64,000 bases of DNA from Bryobacterales bacterium (GTDB lineage Bacteria > Acidobacteriota > Terriglobia > Bryobacterales > Bryobacteraceae). The stretch is from assembly GCA_003170295.1 (NCBI GenBank), contig PNAJ01000148.1, positions 3,946-67,945 of the forward strand, given 5' to 3'. Position numbers and translations under genes: made by a program. Position 1 is the first letter of the stretch. Every line of letters begins with the position of its first letter. The notes under the pieces are model-generated. The model had not been told where the DNA came from. It saw only the letters and a program-made list of their open reading frames with translations, and did no database searches. Below, piece by piece: positions 48,899 through 58,324 of the stretch.

Positions 48899-49621
48899 CT
48901 ACACGCCCGTCAGCAATCGCGATGCGAGCGAGTCCGGGAGCCCCGCCGCTCTGATTTTTTCCCCCGCCGCGAAGGTGTCATAAGCCACGCGCCGGAACTC
49001 CACCACGTGATCTTCAGCCCGGTAAACGGCATACGCCGCGCGCGGATCCCCGTCGCGAGGCTGGCCCACCGACCCCGGATTCACCAGGTACCTGTAATTC
49101 GCTTCCAGCTCCAGCGCGAGGTGCAGATCGATCGTTTTTACACTGCCGCGCGCGATCAGGAATCCGCCTTGAAGATGCGTGTGACCGAAGAACGAGAGCG
49201 GAGTCTCGATCTCATTGCGGATCGTGTGGAGGTCGGCCATGGTCAGCAGGTAGTCGTCTTCATTGAGGGGCGATCCGTGCACCAGATCGAAGCCCTCGTA
49301 CGGCAGAGGCCCGCGCGGAAGCCTCTCCAGGTACGCACGGTTCTCAACCGTAAGCGCATTCTGCGTCCACTCCGCCGCAGCGCGCGCAGCCGGACGGAAG
49401 GAGGTTACCGGTTCCAGTCCCGCGCATACCTTATCGTGATTCCCTCGCACGATCGCCGTGACATTCGTGCGCGCCCACTCCACCGTAAAGTTAGGATCCG
49501 CGCCATAGCCGGCCAGGTCGCCCAGGCACACGACGCGGTCATAGCGCCCGCGAGCGTCGTCGACGACCGCCTCCAGCGCCTCGCGATTTCCGTGAATGTC
49601 GCTCACGATCAGGAACGGCAC
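48899..49621 (-). CDS. Metallophosphoesterase (YfcE-like)
   Basis: MPFLIVSDIHGN, CLGDL.GYG, GNHD and GHTH motifs. Confidence 0.8.
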   Translation of the reverse strand: MPFLIVSDIHGNREALEAVVDDARGRYDRVVCLGDLAGYGADPNFTVEWARTNVTAIVRGNHDKVCAGLEPVTSFRPAARAAAEWTQNALTVENRAYLERLPRGPLPYEGFDLVHGSPLNEDDYLLTMADLHTIRNEIETPLSFFGHTHLQGGFLIARGSVKTIDLHLALELEANYRYLVNPGSVGQPRDGDPRAAYAVYRAEDHVVEFRRVAYDTFAAGEKIRAAGLPDSLASRLLTGV

Positions 49622-50742
49622 AAGCGCACCAGCGCGACCTCCGGAGGAGCGCCCAGACGCGCCGGCAACCCGATGGTCCCGATTCCCCGCGACACGAAGA
49701 TCGCCTTCTCACGCTCACGATACAAACCATCGACATACGGGGTGAAAAATCGCGCGACGTTCAGATCCTCGCGCAGAATCTCCACCCGCACCTGCCCGCC
49801 GTGCGTATGTCCCGCCACCGTCAGATCGTAGCCTTGCCGCACAGCCACGGGAAACACATCGGGATTATGCGAGAGCAGCACGTTGAATGCCCCTGGCTCA
49901 ATCATTTTCTCCGCATCCGTTAGATATGGTGTGCGAAAGCGCTGGTAATCGACGCCCGCCAGATTCATCGACGCCCCTCCGAACTTCAATCGCACCGATT
50001 CTGAGCGCAGGTAGCGAATGCCCAGTCGCGCGCCTTGCACAGTGGCATAATCCTCCGCGTTCGCATAGATCTCATGGTTACCGAGACAGCCGAAGATTCC
50101 GGCGTCCGAATGCAATCCCGCCAGTTGCTTTAAACACGCATCCAGAGGATCGCGGCTGGCCGAGATCATGTCGCCGGTCACCAGCGCCAGGTGCGGGATC
50201 GTCTCGTTCGCCATCGCGACAGCATGCGCCAGTTCCCGCTCGTTTAAGAACGGGCCGAGATGGATGTCGGTTATTTGAGCAATACGCAACCCATCCAGAT
50301 CCGCAGCCAGCCCCGGGATTATGATTTTCTGCTCCCGCAGCCGGATGTTCAGCCGCTCTACGAACACTCCGTATCCCACCGCCGCAGCCGGAGCCGCGAA
50401 GAGCGCGGCGCCCGACACTTTGAGAAATCCCCGCCGTCCCGCGGAATGGGCCGGCCTCACGATCCCCGCCAGCGCGCGCCACACAAGCCACGAGCCCATC
50501 CAGAGCACCGTGAGCATTCCCCAGATCATTGCCGATCCTCTAACCCAACTCGCCGTCCATACCTGAAAGTATCGCGCCACGCGCGCAAACATAAGCAGAA
50601 ATCCGAAAATGAGTACGATCCCGGAGACTCCACCAACTGCGAAGATCAAGCTCCGGACCCACTTCCGGCCGCGCGCGACGGATCCCCGCAGCAAAACAAA
50701 GGCGCCTCCCGCTTGCGCCAGCAACACGAGCGTCAGCAACAT
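49609..50742 (-). CDS. Membrane-anchored metallophosphoesterase
   Basis: N-terminal TM helices followed by QITDIHLG, VTGDM, GNHE and GHTHGGQ. Start uncertain. The track start at 51018 overlaps the divergent kinase gene. Confidence 0.75.
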   Translation of the reverse strand: MLLTLVLLAQAGGAFVLLRGSVARGRKWVRSLIFAVGGVSGIVLIFGFLLMFARVARYFQVWTASWVRGSAMIWGMLTVLWMGSWLVWRALAGIVRPAHSAGRRGFLKVSGAALFAAPAAAVGYGVFVERLNIRLREQKIIIPGLAADLDGLRIAQITDIHLGPFLNERELAHAVAMANETIPHLALVTGDMISASRDPLDACLKQLAGLHSDAGIFGCLGNHEIYANAEDYATVQGARLGIRYLRSESVRLKFGGASMNLAGVDYQRFRTPYLTDAEKMIEPGAFNVLLSHNPDVFPVAVRQGYDLTVAGHTHGGQVRVEILREDLNVARFFTPYVDGLYREREKAIFVSRGIGTIGLPARLGAPPEVALVRLCRS

Positions 50743-50829
50743 CAAATCCGGCAGACTGCGGGATCCGGCGGATAGCAAAAAGGAAATCACCACTCCTATC
50801 TTATCGGCCCTCGCGGCTACAATAAAAAG

Positions 50830-51747
50830 ATGTCTCTTGTTGTCGTTGGTTCCGTCGCCTATGACGGTGTCGAAACCCCTCATGGCCGCGTGGACCGGAT
50901 GCTTGGCGGAGCCGCCACCTATATATCGCTTTCCGCGAGTTTTTTCACGAAAACCAGTCTCGTCGGCGTGGTTGGCGACGATTTTGCGCAAGAAGACACG
51001 GACCTGCTGCTCCGTCACGGTATCGACCTCGAAGGTCTGGAGCGCGTCCCGGGAAAAACGTTCTTTTGGGCGGGGAAATACTCGGACGACATGAACGACC
51101 GCACCACGTTACAGACCGATCTGAACGTGTTCGCCGATTTTAACCCCAAGCTTCCAGCGAGTTACAAATCAGCGTCCTATCTGCTGCTCGGCAACATCCA
51201 GCCTGCGCTGCAAGCGGCGGTCCGCAACCAGATGAACGGCGTGCGCCTCGCCGGCGGCGACACGATGAATTACTGGATCGCGGATTTCCGCGATGAACTG
51301 CTCGCGACCATCCGCGACTGGGACTTTCTGCTGATCAACGATAGTGAAGCGAAGATGCTCTCCGGCCAATCGAACCTGCGCAAAGCGGCGCAGACCATTC
51401 TCGACATGGGTCCGCACACTCTGGTGATCAAGCGCGGCGAATACGGAGCGATGCTGTTTCGACGCGATTCTTTCTTCGTCGTGCCGGGATATTTGCTGGA
51501 AGACGTATTCGATCCAACTGGCGCGGGCGATTGTTTCGCGGGCGGCTTCATCGGTTATCTGGCCGAAAAAGGCTTCGATCTGGAGAAGGACCACATCAGC
51601 CGCGGGGAACTGAGCCGCGCCGTCATCCATGGCTCCGTGATGGGGAGCTTCTGTTGCGAACGCTTTGGCGTGGAGCGATTCCGCACCCTCACGCGAGCCG
51701 AAATCGATGCCCGTTTCGAAGAATTTCGCCGATTCACGCATTTTTAA
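50830..51747 (+). CDS. PfkB-family carbohydrate kinase
   Basis: N-terminal VVGSVAYD and the C-terminal DPTGAGDCFAGGF signature. Confidence 0.85.
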   Translation: MSLVVVGSVAYDGVETPHGRVDRMLGGAATYISLSASFFTKTSLVGVVGDDFAQEDTDLLLRHGIDLEGLERVPGKTFFWAGKYSDDMNDRTTLQTDLNVFADFNPKLPASYKSASYLLLGNIQPALQAAVRNQMNGVRLAGGDTMNYWIADFRDELLATIRDWDFLLINDSEAKMLSGQSNLRKAAQTILDMGPHTLVIKRGEYGAMLFRRDSFFVVPGYLLEDVFDPTGAGDCFAGGFIGYLAEKGFDLEKDHISRGELSRAVIHGSVMGSFCCERFGVERFRTLTRAEIDARFEEFRRFTHF

Positions 51748-53323
51748 GGTCATCGCGTTCGGCTGTGCGGTGCTGCTCGCCGCCGCCGTCGCCATCACCG
51801 CCGCGCGCTGGTCGTTCGCGCACGGCTACGTCCTTTATTACGGCGATGCCGAGGCGCATTTCGACATCGCTCGCCGTATTCTCGATTCGCAAACGCCCGG
51901 CCTGGAACAAATCGGAACCGGCTGGCTGCCTCTGCCCCACATTCTGCTGATCCCCTTCGTCATGCATACCGACTGGTGGCAAACGGGTCTCGGCGGGACC
52001 ATTCCCTCCGCAGCTTGCTTCGCGATCGCTGCGATTTTCTTATTCGCCGCCGCGGAGCGAGCATTCCAGTCACTGCCAGCCGCCTTCGCCGTGATGCTGC
52101 TCTTCTTGTTGAACCCGAACATGCTGTATCTTTCAACCGCGCCGATGACCGAGCCGGTCTTCGCCGCCTCCGTCGCCGCACTCCTCTACGCGACGCTCTG
52201 GTTCCGCGATTCGCAATCGATCTGGGCACTGCTGCTGGCCGCCGCCGCGTCGAATGCCGCGTCCCTCACGCGCTATGAAGGATGGTTCCTGATCCCCTTT
52301 GCGGCGCTCTACCTCCTGATCGTCGCAAAGAACAAGTGGCTCGCGATTCTGTTCGGAGCCCTCGCATCGCTCGCCCCTCTGGCCTGGCTCGCGCACAATC
52401 AGTTCTACAATGGCGACGCACTGGAGTTCTACCGAGGCCAGTGGTCGGCGCTGGGCATCTATCAGCGACAACTCGCGCAAGGGATGGTCAGGTACCCCGG
52501 CGATCGCGATTGGCGCAAGGCGATCGAATATTATTCCACTGCCGTACAACTCACGGTCGGCTGGCCTGCATTGATTCTCGGCGCGGCCGGAGTTTTCGCC
52601 GCCCTCTGGAAGCGAACCTGGTGGCCCGTGCTTCTCCTCGCTCTCTCGCCGGTGTTTTACGTGCTCAGTATGCACTCCTCCGGCACTCCGATTTTCGTCC
52701 CGACGCTCTATCCTTACTCCTGGTACAACACTCGCTACGCGCTCGCCGCACTGCCTCTCGCCGCCCTCTGCGCCGGATCGCTGATAATGCTCATTCCTAA
52801 GAAGTGGCGCTGGCCCGCCGCGCTGATCGTCGCCGCGATTCCCTCCGTATTCTGGGCGCTGCATCCCGAATCGATTTGCTGGAAGGAGTCCGAAGTCAAC
52901 TCCGTCGCGCGCCGCCAATGGACCAGAGCAGCCGCGTCATTTCTTGCCGCGAACTACCGCCCGGACGATGGAATCATCTTCCCCTTCGGCGACATGACTG
53001 GAGTCCTCCGCCAAGCAGGCATCCCTTTGCGCGAAGCGTTGCACGACGGTAACGGAGCCGCCTTTGGAATGGCCCTCGACCGCCCCGAGCTGTTTCTTCA
53101 ATCCCGCTGGGCGCTGGCGTTTTCCGGTGATCGCATCGCCACCGCAATTTTGAGAGGAGACAAGCGCGGCCCGCACTATGAACTCGTCGCGACCGTCATC
53201 GTGAAGGGAGCACCCGTCGTCGAAATTTATCACCGCGACCGAAGCGGTTTGCGCCCGCCTCCGCTGTGCGAGGAATATATTGGTCAGGCGTGCGCCCCGC
53301 CCGCTGAGGAAGAAAATAAATGA
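51707..53323 (+). CDS. Polytopic membrane protein, GT-C/ArnT-PMT-like glycosyltransferase candidate
   Basis: YYGDAEAHFDIARR.. loop after TM1, more than 10 TM helices and a soluble C-terminal domain. Start uncertain. Confidence 0.6.
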   Translation: MPVSKNFADSRIFKVIAFGCAVLLAAAVAITAARWSFAHGYVLYYGDAEAHFDIARRILDSQTPGLEQIGTGWLPLPHILLIPFVMHTDWWQTGLGGTIPSAACFAIAAIFLFAAAERAFQSLPAAFAVMLLFLLNPNMLYLSTAPMTEPVFAASVAALLYATLWFRDSQSIWALLLAAAASNAASLTRYEGWFLIPFAALYLLIVAKNKWLAILFGALASLAPLAWLAHNQFYNGDALEFYRGQWSALGIYQRQLAQGMVRYPGDRDWRKAIEYYSTAVQLTVGWPALILGAAGVFAALWKRTWWPVLLLALSPVFYVLSMHSSGTPIFVPTLYPYSWYNTRYALAALPLAALCAGSLIMLIPKKWRWPAALIVAAIPSVFWALHPESICWKESEVNSVARRQWTRAAASFLAANYRPDDGIIFPFGDMTGVLRQAGIPLREALHDGNGAAFGMALDRPELFLQSRWALAFSGDRIATAILRGDKRGPHYELVATVIVKGAPVVEIYHRDRSGLRPPPLCEEYIGQACAPPAEEENK

Positions 53324-54123
53324 ACATCCCGTTCACCAAAGCCCACGGAGCGCACAACGATTTCCTGCTGACCTGGCAGGATCAGCTCCCGTCCACGTTC
53401 GATGCTCCCTCCGCAGCCGTCGCCATCTGCGATCGCCACACGGGAGCTGGCGCCGACGGATGGCTGCTCCTTTCAAAGCCGCTCGTGTCGAAATCCGATG
53501 AAGCCAACGGTGCAATCGAGTTATGGAACTCCGACGGCAGCCGATCCGAGATCTCCGGCAACGGAACACGCTGCGCCGCTGCCTTCCTCATCGAGGCCGG
53601 AAAGGCTACCGAAAATGTGCGCATCCTCACGGGCGCTGGCCTGAAGCACCTCCGCCTGCTTCACCGCAACGGCCACCGATTCTCTTTCGAGATGAACATG
53701 GGCACCGCCCTAATCGAGGAACTGCGCGCAACGATTCTCGATCATGACGCGACCATCCTCAACGTGGGAAACCCGCAGTGCGCTGTTTTTGTCGATCATT
53801 TTGATTTTGACTGGCGAGTTCTCGGCGCGACGATCGAACGCCACTGGGAGTTTCCCAATCGCACGAACGTCTCGTTTATCAAGCGCATTGACGAACACAC
53901 GCTCGACGTCCGCTTCTTCGAGCGAGGCGCGGGCGAGACCATGAGCTCCGGAACCGGCTCGACCGGCGCAGCCGCCGCGGCATTCGCCCGGGGACTCGTA
54001 ACCAGCCCCGTCCGCGTTCTCACGCCAGCCGGTCCGCTCGATCTGCGCTGGGAGAATCGCGACATTTTTCTCTCGGGACCAGCCGAGATAGTAGCGTCGG
54101 GCGAGTTTTACTGGGATGCTTGA
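53320..54123 (+). CDS. dapF: Diaminopimelate epimerase
   Basis: F.K.HG..NDF, SGNGTRCAAAF and SGTGSTGAA active-site Cys/loop motifs. Confidence 0.9.
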   Translation: MNIPFTKAHGAHNDFLLTWQDQLPSTFDAPSAAVAICDRHTGAGADGWLLLSKPLVSKSDEANGAIELWNSDGSRSEISGNGTRCAAAFLIEAGKATENVRILTGAGLKHLRLLHRNGHRFSFEMNMGTALIEELRATILDHDATILNVGNPQCAVFVDHFDFDWRVLGATIERHWEFPNRTNVSFIKRIDEHTLDVRFFERGAGETMSSGTGSTGAAAAAFARGLVTSPVRVLTPAGPLDLRWENRDIFLSGPAEIVASGEFYWDA

Positions 54124-55450
54124 AGTTCTAGGAGGAATTTTGACTCATTCAGAGCAGTTGTGCCAGAAGATCGAAAATCGTAAGGCTCGGACCGGTGTCG
54201 TTGGCCTGGGCTACGTCGGTCTGCCCTTGGCGGTCGAACTGGCGCACGCTGGGTTTTCCGTCACCGGAATCGATATCGATCAAGCGAAGGTAGACAGTAT
54301 CAATCGCGGCGAGTCCTATATTCAGGACGTGCCCACCGCGGTATTCAAACCGCTGGTGGAAGCGGGTTTGATCAAGGCAACTACAGATTTTGCCGCAGTT
54401 GCGGATCTCGACACCATCAATATCTGCGTCCCGACACCCTTGCGCAAAACCAAAGATCCCGATATGAGCTACATCGTCAGCTCCTGCGGGTCCATCGCCA
54501 AACATTTTCACGCCGGTATGTTGGTGATCCTTGAATCCACCACCTACCCCGGCACCACCGATGAACTGATGCTGCCCATGTTCGAACGCGACGATCTGAA
54601 AGTCGGCGAGCATTTCTTCCTCTGCTTCTCACCGGAGCGCGTCGATCCCGGCAACGAAAAATATCAAACCAAGAATATTCCCAAGGTCGTCGGCGGCATC
54701 ACGCCAGCCTGTACCGAAGTCGGCGCGCTGTTCTATCGGCAATCGCTCGATACCGTCGTGCCCGTCGGCTCCACGCGCGTCGCCGAAATGGTGAAGCTGC
54801 TGGAGAATACGTTCCGCATGATCAACATCGGACTGGCGAATGAAATCGCAATGATGTGCGATCGCATGGGCATCAACGTGTGGGAAGTCATCGACGCCGC
54901 CGCCACCAAGCCGTTCGGGTACATGCCGTTTTATCCCGGCCCAGGCCTGGGCGGCCATTGTATCCCCATCGACCCGTTCTACCTCTCATGGAAGACTAAG
55001 CAGGCCGGCATTGAAGCCCGCTTCATTGAGCTTGCCGGCTATATCAACGGCTCCATGCCGCACTTTGTCGTCGATAAGATTCAGAACGCGCTGAACGATC
55101 ATTCCAAGCCGCTCAAGGGCTCGCGCGTCCACGTGCTGGGCGTCGCTTACAAGCGTAATATCGACGATGTGCGCGAATCCCCCGCGCTCGATATCATCCA
55201 CCTGCTAGGCCAGCGCGGCGCGATCATCGGCTATAGCGACCCCTTCGTCTCCAGCCTCCGCGCCGATGGAGTGGTCCCCGACATGAACTCAGTCGACGCT
55301 GAAAAAGCCGCAGCCGAAGCCGATTGCGTCGTCATTGTCACCGACCACAAAGACTTCGACTATTCCAAAATCGTCGACCGCGCCAAACTAATCGTCGATA
55401 CTAGAAACGCCCTGAAAGGCCGAGTATCGGATAAAATCGTCCGCCTCTAA
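54116..55450 (+). CDS. Nucleotide-sugar dehydrogenase (UDP-N-acetyl-hexosamine dehydrogenase-like)
   Basis: VGLGYVGLPLA Rossmann motif, GGHCIPIDP catalytic Cys and VAYK.N.DD.RESPA. Confidence 0.9.
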   Translation: MLEVLGGILTHSEQLCQKIENRKARTGVVGLGYVGLPLAVELAHAGFSVTGIDIDQAKVDSINRGESYIQDVPTAVFKPLVEAGLIKATTDFAAVADLDTINICVPTPLRKTKDPDMSYIVSSCGSIAKHFHAGMLVILESTTYPGTTDELMLPMFERDDLKVGEHFFLCFSPERVDPGNEKYQTKNIPKVVGGITPACTEVGALFYRQSLDTVVPVGSTRVAEMVKLLENTFRMINIGLANEIAMMCDRMGINVWEVIDAAATKPFGYMPFYPGPGLGGHCIPIDPFYLSWKTKQAGIEARFIELAGYINGSMPHFVVDKIQNALNDHSKPLKGSRVHVLGVAYKRNIDDVRESPALDIIHLLGQRGAIIGYSDPFVSSLRADGVVPDMNSVDAEKAAAEADCVVIVTDHKDFDYSKIVDRAKLIVDTRNALKGRVSDKIVRL

Positions 55451-55507
55451 TTGCCTGCCTCACCTGTGTCTGCGAACTAGTAGCTTGAACAGATCTGCTA
55501 GTGGACT

Positions 55508-55609
55508 GTGGGGCGGACCCCCTGGTCCGCAACCGACGCCCTCGTCGGTTTTGTTGCATCGGAACAGCCAGACCAGGAAGGCCGGCGGGGACGAGGACGT
55601 CCGCCCCAC
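55508..55609. repeat. REP family 1 element
   Basis: GTGGGGCGGACCCCCTGGTCCGC...GACGAGGACGTCCGCCCCAC. Paralogous to 4972-5077. Confidence 0.8.
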
Positions 55610-55628
55610 CACGACCAACCTACGGCCC

Positions 55629-56525
55629 CTACTTCCCAAAGTACGCGTCGTTATAAACCGCGGGCCTCTTCACCTTCAGATCGCTGAGCGCCTTCTTAGC
55701 CATATCGTCCGGCATGCGCTTGAGGATCGCGGCCTTCACATCCTCAAACGGCTTGGTCGAGTGCGCTTCCACTTTGATCAAGTGATATCCGAATGGCGAC
55801 TTCACCGGCTGGCTCACTTGTCCCGCTGGCAATAAGAACGCCTCTTTATCGAACTCCGGCACCATGGCTCCTCTCGCGAATGCCCCTAAATCGCCGCCAT
55901 TCGCACCCGACCCCGTGTCATCCGAGCTCTCCTTCGCTACCGCCGCGAAATCCGCTCCGGCCACGATCTTTGCTCGCAGCTCCGTGACTTTCGCCAGCGC
56001 TTCCGCTTCCGTCAAGTCCTTTTTCCCCTCCGCCAGCGGCATCTTCGAGCCCTGGAAGCGGATCAAAATATGGCGCGCCTTCACTTCCTCCCACTCCGTT
56101 TTGTGCGCGTCATAGTAAGCGTGCATCGCTGCGTCGTCCGGCTTGGTATTCTCCGCCAGATCGCGATACATGGTGTTCGCCAGCAATTGATCAGTCGATA
56201 AAACGATCTGCGTCTGCACCTTGGGTGTCTGATCCAGTTTCCGCGCCTTGGCTTCCTGCGCCAGCGTCAGAATCTCGGCCAGTTTTTCCGCGATGTCGCG
56301 GCGTCCCTTCGGAGTCTGTACGTTCGCCTGCTGCTGTGGCGGAAGCGTCGACAAGATCATGTCGAACTGCGTTTTCGTAATCTTGTCCTCGCCCACACTC
56401 AGGACCACCGCGTCCGGGGCGACCATCGAAGGAGCCGGCATGGTCTGCACAGCTGGGGCGGCTTGAGGAGCGGTTGTTTGCCCCCACGCGAGCGCCGCGC
56501 CGAGCAGGAAAAAAGAAAATCTCAT
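55629..56525 (-). CDS. Secreted parvulin-type peptidyl-prolyl isomerase (SurA/PrsA-like)
   Basis: ARHILI, GGDLG.F..G.MVPEF and S.FGYHLIKVE motifs. Confidence 0.85.
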   Translation of the reverse strand: MRFSFFLLGAALAWGQTTAPQAAPAVQTMPAPSMVAPDAVVLSVGEDKITKTQFDMILSTLPPQQQANVQTPKGRRDIAEKLAEILTLAQEAKARKLDQTPKVQTQIVLSTDQLLANTMYRDLAENTKPDDAAMHAYYDAHKTEWEEVKARHILIRFQGSKMPLAEGKKDLTEAEALAKVTELRAKIVAGADFAAVAKESSDDTGSGANGGDLGAFARGAMVPEFDKEAFLLPAGQVSQPVKSPFGYHLIKVEAHSTKPFEDVKAAILKRMPDDMAKKALSDLKVKRPAVYNDAYFGK

Positions 56526-56557
56526 ACTCCTAGAATAACAGCCGGCCGTTATCTCAT

Positions 56558-57166
56558 ATGATGGGAAACGGACAAAAACCCATGAGACTGTGCACTTTAC
56601 TACTTGTGACCGCTCCCCTGTTTGCCGCCGACGAGTTCACAGTCTACGACCTCCTCGCCCCGGAAACCCACAAATTCGCAATTATTTACGACGTCTCCGC
56701 CACCCGCGAAGGCGCGCCGTATTATCTGAACCCCATCCGCCATGGCTCGGTCGCCGATAAGGAGAGCGTTGTCGATCGCGCTACCGGCCAGCCGTTGAAG
56801 TTCGACATCATCGACGGCAAGACCGCGAAAGCCGAGGGCCTCGGTGGACGCAATTCTGCCGATGACGACCATTTCCTGCGCGTCCATCTCCTGAAACCGG
56901 TCGCAAAAGGCTCGGAGACCCGTATCCGTATCTACAAAACCTATACCGACGCCGCGTCCTATTTTGAAAAAGACGGAGCCCTGATGTGGGAGCGCCCCTT
57001 AGGCATCAAGCGCAACGTCGTCATCCTCCCGCCTGGGTATGAACTCACCGGAAGCGCATCCCCCGCCATCGTCTCCACCGACCCCGATGGCCGCGTCCGC
57101 CTCAGTTTCCTCAACGATCGTGACGACCAGTTGCCCGTGAAGATCACAGCACGGAGGGTCAAATGA
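56558..57166 (+). CDS. Secreted hypothetical protein (paralogue A)
   Basis: Signal peptide. Shares the Y.LLAP.TH.F.I..D... and ..TYTD... blocks with the next gene. Confidence 0.6.
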   Translation: MMGNGQKPMRLCTLLLVTAPLFAADEFTVYDLLAPETHKFAIIYDVSATREGAPYYLNPIRHGSVADKESVVDRATGQPLKFDIIDGKTAKAEGLGGRNSADDDHFLRVHLLKPVAKGSETRIRIYKTYTDAASYFEKDGALMWERPLGIKRNVVILPPGYELTGSASPAIVSTDPDGRVRLSFLNDRDDQLPVKITARRVK

Positions 57167-57762
57167 ACCTTCTTCTGTTTTTCATTCTGGCTTTCCAATT
57201 CCATCGCGCCGAGCAGGATCGCGAAATCCGCTACTGGCTCCTCGCCCCCGATACACACCAATTCCGCATCTCGCACGACTTTACGGTCACCAAGATCGGA
57301 CAGAAATCCGTCCACAGCTTCGTCAGAAAAGGCAGCGACGTCGCCCCGGATTCCAAAATGTTCAACCTCGACACCGGCGAGCCTCTCTTCACGCACATCG
57401 TAAAGGGAAAAGAAGTAAACGCCCTGAATTATTACCCGACGCCCACCGATCCCGAATCGATCGTGGTGCAGGGCGACCTGCCCCACGCCGTCGAAAAGGA
57501 CCAATCCGTTCGCATCAGAGTAGAAGAAACCTATACCGATCCAGTCGGCTACGCGATTAAAGGAGACGAACTCGTCTGGACCAGAACCCTGGGCCGCCCG
57601 TTGAACTTCGTGACCCTGCCCGCAGGCTGGATGCTGACCGGCGTGAATACTCCGGCAGTGATTACTCTAGACCGCGAAGGTCGAACCATGATGCGCTTCA
57701 CGAATATCCGCAACGACGAACTGGCAGTGACCATACGCGCCCGAAAACATGCTTCGAACTGA
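57163..57762 (+). CDS. Secreted hypothetical protein (paralogue B)
   Basis: ATGA overlap with paralogue A. RYWLLAPDTHQFRISHDF and EETYTDPVGY blocks. Confidence 0.6.
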   Translation: MNLLLFFILAFQFHRAEQDREIRYWLLAPDTHQFRISHDFTVTKIGQKSVHSFVRKGSDVAPDSKMFNLDTGEPLFTHIVKGKEVNALNYYPTPTDPESIVVQGDLPHAVEKDQSVRIRVEETYTDPVGYAIKGDELVWTRTLGRPLNFVTLPAGWMLTGVNTPAVITLDREGRTMMRFTNIRNDELAVTIRARKHASN

Positions 57763-58324
57763 GCGGCTTCTCCTCCACACCTGGGAGAGCTCCGACTGGT
57801 CCGCCCTCCGCCCCATCGCCACCGATGTCGAGGTCATGCGCTACATCACCGGCGGCATCCCATGGACCGACGAGCAGATCCAGAACTTCGTGAACCGCCA
57901 GGTGCTCCTCTATTCCGACCGCGGCTTCTGCCGCTGGAAGCTCCTCGAAGCGTCGACTGGCGAGCTGATCGGCTTCTGCGGCGTAGGCATATGGCGCGAG
58001 GCCTTGGACCCGGAGATCGGCTGGTGGCTGGCGCGCAGCCACTGGGGACGAGGCCTGGCAACCGAAGCCGCCCGCGCCGCGCTCAACGACGCCTTCGAGC
58101 GCGTCCGCTTAGACCGAATCATCTCCATCGCGATGCCCGCTAATGTTGCTTCCCTTGCGATCATGAAAAAACTAGGCTTGAAGCTGGACGCAGAATTCGA
58201 AAGCGACGGCGTCAAGCTGCTGCGTTACGCAGTTGACCGGCAGAGCCGCGACCAACGGGAGCGGTCAAAGCCCCTGTTTTCGAAAGTGTCGCCGCGTCTT
58301 ACATCGCCCGAATCACACCACTAG
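57749..58324 (+). CDS. GNAT-family N-acetyltransferase (RimJ/RimL-like)
   Basis: TERLLL..W and WGRGLATEAARA......F......I motifs. The C-terminal 25 aa read through a REP2 arm. Confidence 0.8.
   Translation: MLRTERLLLHTWESSDWSALRPIATDVEVMRYITGGIPWTDEQIQNFVNRQVLLYSDRGFCRWKLLEASTGELIGFCGVGIWREALDPEIGWWLARSHWGRGLATEAARAALNDAFERVRLDRIISIAMPANVASLAIMKKLGLKLDAEFESDGVKLLRYAVDRQSRDQRERSKPLFSKVSPRLTSPESHH
58243..58266 (-). repeat. REP family 2 arm (diverged)
   Basis: GAGCCGCGACCAACGGGAGCGGTC. Confidence 0.7.
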
